Positions 59,545 to 64,000 of a DNA stretch of 64,000 nucleotides are shown here, one piece after another (the first letter of the stretch is position 1; every line of letters begins with the position of its first letter). Origin of the DNA: Cyanobacteriota bacterium (lineage in GTDB: Bacteria; Cyanobacteriota; Cyanobacteriia; Thermostichales; Thermostichaceae); contig JANRIL010000024.1 in the NCBI GenBank assembly GCA_033764955.1, positions 128,001 through 192,000 of the forward strand, read 5' to 3'. The notes under the pieces were generated by a model, which searched no databases, was not told the origin of the DNA, and saw nothing but the letters and a program-made list of their open reading frames with translations. The position numbers were made by a program, and so were the translations under genes.

Positions 59545-61530
59545 ATGGCTGTTTATAAAAGGGATCCCCACCCTCTGCAAGAGCTACTGCAAACCCTGCG
59601 CGAGTCTTACACCCCAGAACAAAAACAGCAGATCTGGTCAACCTTCTCACCTCAGTTACGCAGTCGGATCCATGCCCTGCTCAAAGACCAAGATCCTCGC
59701 CAAGCCATTACCCGCGAGAAGGGATCATTAGAGGTGGATCTTGAGAAGTTGGATCTCAACTACCACTCTCCCGTTCCTATCCCAGAATGGAAACCTACTC
59801 TGCAACTTAAGCCCTACGAGCAACTGAGTAAGCTCTATCTGGATATTGACGCTTCAGGACTGGATCCAGCCTATGACCGCGTTTTGATGGTAGGGTTCAT
59901 GGATCATTTCGGTTCTGTAACTCTGTTAACGGATCCGGATGAACGCCAAATCCTGATCCAAACCCTGGAATTTCTCAGATCTCATCCCCATGAATTGCTG
60001 ATCGGTCACAACCTCTTCCAGTTCGATTTACCCTTCTTGATGACCCGCTGGGATTTGCATGGGATCCCTCATCTCTTTAGTTACAAAAAAGATCATCACG
60101 GACAGCAAATCACCCAAACCATTACTGCCTCAAGCTTTCACAGCAAGCCGATCCAATTTCACCCCATTACCTGTTCAGGGATCCAGATCCTCGATACTTT
60201 CCACCAGATCTGTATCTGGGATAAAAGTGCTGCCAAACTTGAAAGCTACAATCTCAAATCCTGTGTTCTCACTTTGGGATTACGGGATACTCAACGGCTG
60301 GATCTTTCCCCTGATCAGATCCAAAACTGTTGGGCAAATGGAGATCTACAAACCCTCTCTCAATATCTACACTTTGATCTGGAAGACACCCAACGACTGG
60401 CAGATTTTCTCTTGCCTGTGGTCTATTACCAACTTGCAGTAGTCCCCCAGATCTCCTTCCAAGACTTAGCCGTAGCTTCTCCTGCTCTGAAAGCCCAACG
60501 GATCCATCAATCTCTCTTACCTAACCTCAAGCCAGAGGCGGATCCACCCGTTCACTATGGTGGTGGAACAGTAGAGTGCATCACCCCTGGATTGCACCGC
60601 AATGTTGCCAAAATCGACATCAGCTCCCTCTATCCCAGCATCATGCTCAGGTTTGGGATCTGTTCTCGCAAGGATCCAGAACATAAATTCTTGGGCGTGA
60701 TGCAATACATGACTCAGGAACGTCTGCACCTGAAACAATTAGCCAAAGAGGGAAATATCCAAGCTCATCACGAACAGAATGCGCTCAAGATCTTGATCAA
60801 CGGATCCTATGGCTTTTTAGGCACAGGCGGTTACACTTTCAACGACTACGAAGCGGCAGCTCTAGTCACTGCCTATGGTCGAAAGATCCTGCAACAGATG
60901 AAAGAGGTAGTGGAAGAGAACAACGGGATCCTGATTGAGTTAGACACTGATGGGATCTTCTTTTCTCATCCCCAACCTCAAGACATTGTTGAGAAAGTGC
61001 AGCACGCTTTACCCGATGGGATCATGGCTGAATTGGAGCTATCAAGCTGTGGGATGTATGTCCCCAAGGCTAAGAGTTATGTGATCATTCATCCCAACGG
61101 CAAGACCACGATTAAGGGGATCTTTCGCAAACGAAATCGCTATCCTCTGGAGCGGATCTTCCCCGTTGAGTTCCTGAAACGGTATTTTCTGGAATCAGAG
61201 GAAGTTGCCTTTGCTTATTACCAAAAGGTGAGAGAGTCAATTCAACAGCGACGGATCTCTATCGAGGAGTTGACTATTACTCACAAGATTGGATCCGCTG
61301 AGAAACAACTCCTCAAATTGGGTAAACCTGGTGAAGTGGTCAGCTATTTTTATGTTGAGCAGAAACGGATCCATCCCAAAAGTCGGAAGCTATTGTCATC
61401 TGTCGCTGCAGAATCCACTACTGGGGATTACTGGATCGATTGGTATCTGAACCGATTGGATCAGCAAGTCCAAGAAATGACAGGGATCCAGGTAAATGAA
61501 GAATCCCAGCTCCCGATAAGTCTTGTATAA
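59545..61530 (+). CDS. Family B DNA polymerase with 3'-5' exonuclease-like domain
   Basis: LDIDASG; GHNLFQFDLPFL; YLHFD; DISSLYPSIM; KILINGSYGFLG; DTDG; KSY. Confidence 0.9.
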   Translation: MAVYKRDPHPLQELLQTLRESYTPEQKQQIWSTFSPQLRSRIHALLKDQDPRQAITREKGSLEVDLEKLDLNYHSPVPIPEWKPTLQLKPYEQLSKLYLDIDASGLDPAYDRVLMVGFMDHFGSVTLLTDPDERQILIQTLEFLRSHPHELLIGHNLFQFDLPFLMTRWDLHGIPHLFSYKKDHHGQQITQTITASSFHSKPIQFHPITCSGIQILDTFHQICIWDKSAAKLESYNLKSCVLTLGLRDTQRLDLSPDQIQNCWANGDLQTLSQYLHFDLEDTQRLADFLLPVVYYQLAVVPQISFQDLAVASPALKAQRIHQSLLPNLKPEADPPVHYGGGTVECITPGLHRNVAKIDISSLYPSIMLRFGICSRKDPEHKFLGVMQYMTQERLHLKQLAKEGNIQAHHEQNALKILINGSYGFLGTGGYTFNDYEAAALVTAYGRKILQQMKEVVEENNGILIELDTDGIFFSHPQPQDIVEKVQHALPDGIMAELELSSCGMYVPKAKSYVIIHPNGKTTIKGIFRKRNRYPLERIFPVEFLKRYFLESEEVAFAYYQKVRESIQQRRISIEELTITHKIGSAEKQLLKLGKPGEVVSYFYVEQKRIHPKSRKLLSSVAAESTTGDYWIDWYLNRLDQQVQEMTGIQVNEESQLPISLV

Positions 61531-61556
61531 TCAATGTATAAACTCAATGTCTTACC

Positions 61557-61799
61557 ATGATTACTCAAAAAGTCAGATTCTGGGGCAATTCGCTGGGGAT
61601 CCGTATCCCTCAAGCTATCCTGCAGCAGATTGGTATCACAGAAGGATCTACGGTTTCTCTCTCCATCGAAGGCAATCGAGTCATTATCTCCCCTACCCGT
61701 CTCAAGTACACCCTGGAAGAACTTCTGAAGGATGTGGATCCGGTTTCGCAGCACAATGAAGTGGAATGGGGAGATCCGGTAGGAGAAGAGCAGTGGTAA
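61557..61799 (+). CDS. mazE: MazE/AbrB antitoxin
   Basis: WGNSLGIRIP; YTLEELL; EVEWGDPVGEE. Confidence 0.93.
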   Translation: MITQKVRFWGNSLGIRIPQAILQQIGITEGSTVSLSIEGNRVIISPTRLKYTLEELLKDVDPVSQHNEVEWGDPVGEEQW

Positions 61800-62137
61800 A
61801 AATTGATGGACAAGTTCCAGAACGAGGTGACATCATCCGCTTACAATTCAATCCGAGAATCGGCAGTGAGCAAGCAGGTTTTCGCCCCGCTATTGTGATT
61901 TCTCCATCACCTTATAACCGGATCTCAAAGCTGATTTTGGTTTGCCCGATTACCAGCCAGGAGAAAGGTTGGCCTTTTGAGGTGAAACTCCCACCTGAGA
62001 TGCAAATTCAGGGAGTGGTTTTAGTAGACCAAATCCGCACGGTTGACTGTGCTGCCAGAGGATCTAGCTTTGTCGAGAAAGCGCCTGCTGAAGTATTAGA
62101 TGAGATCTTAGCCAGACTAGAGCCCCTTGTAGGCTAA
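61793..62137 (+). CDS. mazF: MazF/PemK toxin
   Basis: PERGDII..FNP..GSEQAGFRPAIVIS; CPITSQ; DQIRTVD; GTG start overlapping mazE is likely. Confidence 0.93.
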   Translation: MVKIDGQVPERGDIIRLQFNPRIGSEQAGFRPAIVISPSPYNRISKLILVCPITSQEKGWPFEVKLPPEMQIQGVVLVDQIRTVDCAARGSSFVEKAPAEVLDEILARLEPLVG

Positions 62138-63357
62138 TCCTCTACACCATACAACTCCGGTAGTTCAACACGGCGAATACTGGATGCATAAAAATCGTAG
62201 AGGGTTTCTACTCGATGCCCTGCCATCTCTGCCATTGTGGTCGGATCCACCCCTGCTTCTAGAGCATGGGAGATCACGGTATGTCGAGTTTTGTACTGAG
62301 TTGTCAAGTGGGGTTGCCATTCGATCCCAGCAGCATTCAAACAAGCCCGCCAACAGCGATTGACAAAATTATGGCTGTCAATAAATCCCCCTTTGGGTGC
62401 AGGAAAAACTAAAGCTTTGCAGTCTAACTTTTCTGGTTGACGATCCTTGAGTAATGCGACCAACGTTGGGTTCATCGGGAAAACCCGCTCTTCTTCCGTT
62501 TTGGTCGTCTTGACCCGAACTTCTCCAGCATCACCTCGCCATAGAGAACGGTCAAACTGGATTTCCCGCCGATCAAAATCGATTTGCTCCCAGCTCAAAG
62601 CCACCGCTTCCCCAGTGCGGCAACCTGTCAGCAAGAGGAATTTTACGAAGTCGAAGTAGTGGCTGTAGTAACGATCCTGCTGAAGAAATTGCAGTATTGC
62701 TTTAACCTGCTGAGCAGAATAAGCACGACGACTGCGGCGACGCGGCAGGGCAATATGGATCCCCCCGAAATGTTCAGGATCCAGCTTTTTGAGCGTCGCC
62801 ACATAGCGCCGTAGACTGGCAGGCTTCAGCTCTTGCTTGGATCCTTTCTGTAACCAAGCCACCAGCTCCTCAGCCTCGACTGTGGAGCGGATAGGTTTAT
62901 GCCACTGCCTAAGACGACTCAGCAAGGCGTTGTCAGCTCGATTGAAGTTTTTCGCTAATTGCTTTTCCAACAACGAGATCAACTCAATCCCTTCTACTTG
63001 TCGCTCCCGCTGCGGCTTGTAGGTCTTCAGCGTCGGATCCAGATGCCCACTGGCCATATCCAGTTCAATCTGAGTTGCTTTCCCAATCGCAGCCGTCCGA
63101 TTTACTTTACTGTCGGGCAATCCCAAAGCAAAACAGTAGCGTTTGCCCAGATGGGTGAACCGGATCCGTAAGCGGCCATTATCGGTTTCGATTTTGACAG
63201 ATCCGTTGGGGGATGTGGCCACAAGGGTAGATTTCTGCTGGTCTGCACCCTCAGTGGTAGAAAGTGGTAGGATTTCCGCTTCGTTCCTACCACTCGCCTC
63301 TTTTTCGTGTGAGATCCTTACCCTGGGCACGTTATAGGCTGCAAAACTTCCTACCAA
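62134..63357 (-). CDS. Tyrosine integrase with N-terminal arm-binding (DUF3596-like) domain
   Basis: NGRLRIRF..GKRY; LTGCRTGE; K; YKTRHT; GH; Y; true start may be near 63220. Confidence 0.93.
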   Translation of the reverse strand: MVGSFAAYNVPRVRISHEKEASGRNEAEILPLSTTEGADQQKSTLVATSPNGSVKIETDNGRLRIRFTHLGKRYCFALGLPDSKVNRTAAIGKATQIELDMASGHLDPTLKTYKPQRERQVEGIELISLLEKQLAKNFNRADNALLSRLRQWHKPIRSTVEAEELVAWLQKGSKQELKPASLRRYVATLKKLDPEHFGGIHIALPRRRSRRAYSAQQVKAILQFLQQDRYYSHYFDFVKFLLLTGCRTGEAVALSWEQIDFDRREIQFDRSLWRGDAGEVRVKTTKTEEERVFPMNPTLVALLKDRQPEKLDCKALVFPAPKGGFIDSHNFVNRCWRACLNAAGIEWQPHLTTQYKTRHTVISHALEAGVDPTTMAEMAGHRVETLYDFYASSIRRVELPELYGVED

Positions 63358-63368
63358 AATCCTACCAT
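63253..63368. repeat. Five TGGTAG/CTACCA repeats (putative integrase arm sites)
   Basis: AGTGGTAGAAAGTGGTAGG, TTCCTACCAC, TTCCTACCAAAATCCTACCA. Confidence 0.55.
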
Positions 63369-63450
63369 TTTTCGACCTAAAGCCCCCGAAAATAACCCAA
63401 TCTACACCCGCTTATAGAGAATGAGCCACCGGATCTCAGATTTCAGAAAC

Positions 63451-63478
63451 AATAAAACCCGCTCCAGAAGCAGGTTTG
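63451..63478 (-). terminator. Terminator downstream of tRNA-Thr
   Basis: Minus strand AAACCTGCT-TCTGG-AGCGGGTTT followed by TATT. Confidence 0.6.
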
Positions 63479-63484
63479 AGAGGA

Positions 63485-63557
63485 AGCTGATGATCGGACT
63501 CGAACCGACGACCTGCTCATTACGAGTGAGCTGCTCTACCAACTGAGCTACATCAGC
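63485..63557 (-). tRNA. tRNA-Thr(CGT)
   Basis: GCTGATG/CATCAGC acceptor stem; anticodon loop CTCGTAA; GGTTCGAGTCC T arm. Confidence 0.96.
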
Positions 63558-63675
63558 CTATTGAGTTTGGCGAAACCTATCGTAGCTTTTCCCCTTGAGA
63601 TTCTACAACTATCCGATTCATCCAAGTTTTTTCTCTGAGACCGGGATCCCTATGTCACTCAGACCGACTTCTCCC

Positions 63676-63945
63676 TCAAAAACGGCTACGGATGGTGAAC
63701 GAGTATTGGCTGCCTGGTTCTAAGTAGTAGTCTGATTTTTCTAGGAAACGACTGAGGGGTTCGCGGATGAGGGCGCGCCCAACGGATGGCTCTACCCGCA
63801 ATTCACCCCGCCGAAAACTCCAGCAAAAGTGCCAAGCCCAGCCGTTCGCACTGACTTCTCCCTCTATAGCTCCCTCTGACCAGGAGTAGCGGGTGACCGA
63901 AACATGGGCAATCGTTTGGGGCAAGCGACTCATGGTAGGCTGCAA
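63676..63945 (-). CDS. DUF3146-family protein
   Basis: LPQTIAHV; W.F.W.FRRGEL.VEPS.GRALI.EPL.RFLE..DY.LEPG. Confidence 0.85.
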   Translation of the reverse strand: MQPTMSRLPQTIAHVSVTRYSWSEGAIEGEVSANGWAWHFCWSFRRGELRVEPSVGRALIREPLSRFLEKSDYYLEPGSQYSFTIRSRF

Positions 63946-64000
63946 TTTTTATCCCATAATGATAGAGCAGAGTCTTGTCGGAGTTGTCATTTTCATGAGT

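Larger units (their letters stand above)
52949..63484. mobile_element. Degenerate integrative element at tRNA-Thr(CGT)
   Basis: Integrase next to the tRNA 3' end; PolB, XRE-ImmA, lysozyme, TA and defence cargo; left boundary approximate. Confidence 0.8.

Noticed and set aside
59545..61530. Calling the element a pipolin
   Set aside because: I could not recognise piPolB-specific features; only generic PolB motifs are visible

Overview
Cyanobacterial chromosome segment. The very frequent GGGATCCC palindrome suggests a Thermostichus/Synechococcus JA-like lineage (inference). Bases 1-52300 are mostly core genes: ftrC, psbX, ftn2-like, hisB, cysE, ntcA, a formamidase/urt amide-urea ABC cluster flanked by two MOSC genes with NtcA boxes, psb27, sbpA-cysT-cysW, chlM, sppA and tRNA-Gly, plus a small decayed toxin-antitoxin/IS patch at 14-16 kb. 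From about 52.3 to 63.5 kb lies a degenerate integrative element at tRNA-Thr(CGT) with a tyrosine integrase, mazEF, a family-B DNA polymerase, XRE-ImmA/IrrE, an HNH pair, a GH108 lysozyme and an IS1 remnant. It carries an AT-rich cassette encoding a catalytically dead short prokaryotic Argonaute coupled to a SMEK-domain/APAZ-like partner, which is frameshifted in this sequence. This SMEK-APAZ/short-pAgo pair is the best candidate for an undescribed system. A second candidate is a small basic ORF (12546-12767) with an intrinsic terminator inside its coding sequence and an LAA C-terminus, the architecture of ArfA/BrfA-type ribosome-rescue factors. All assignments come from motif recognition by eye; no searches were run.
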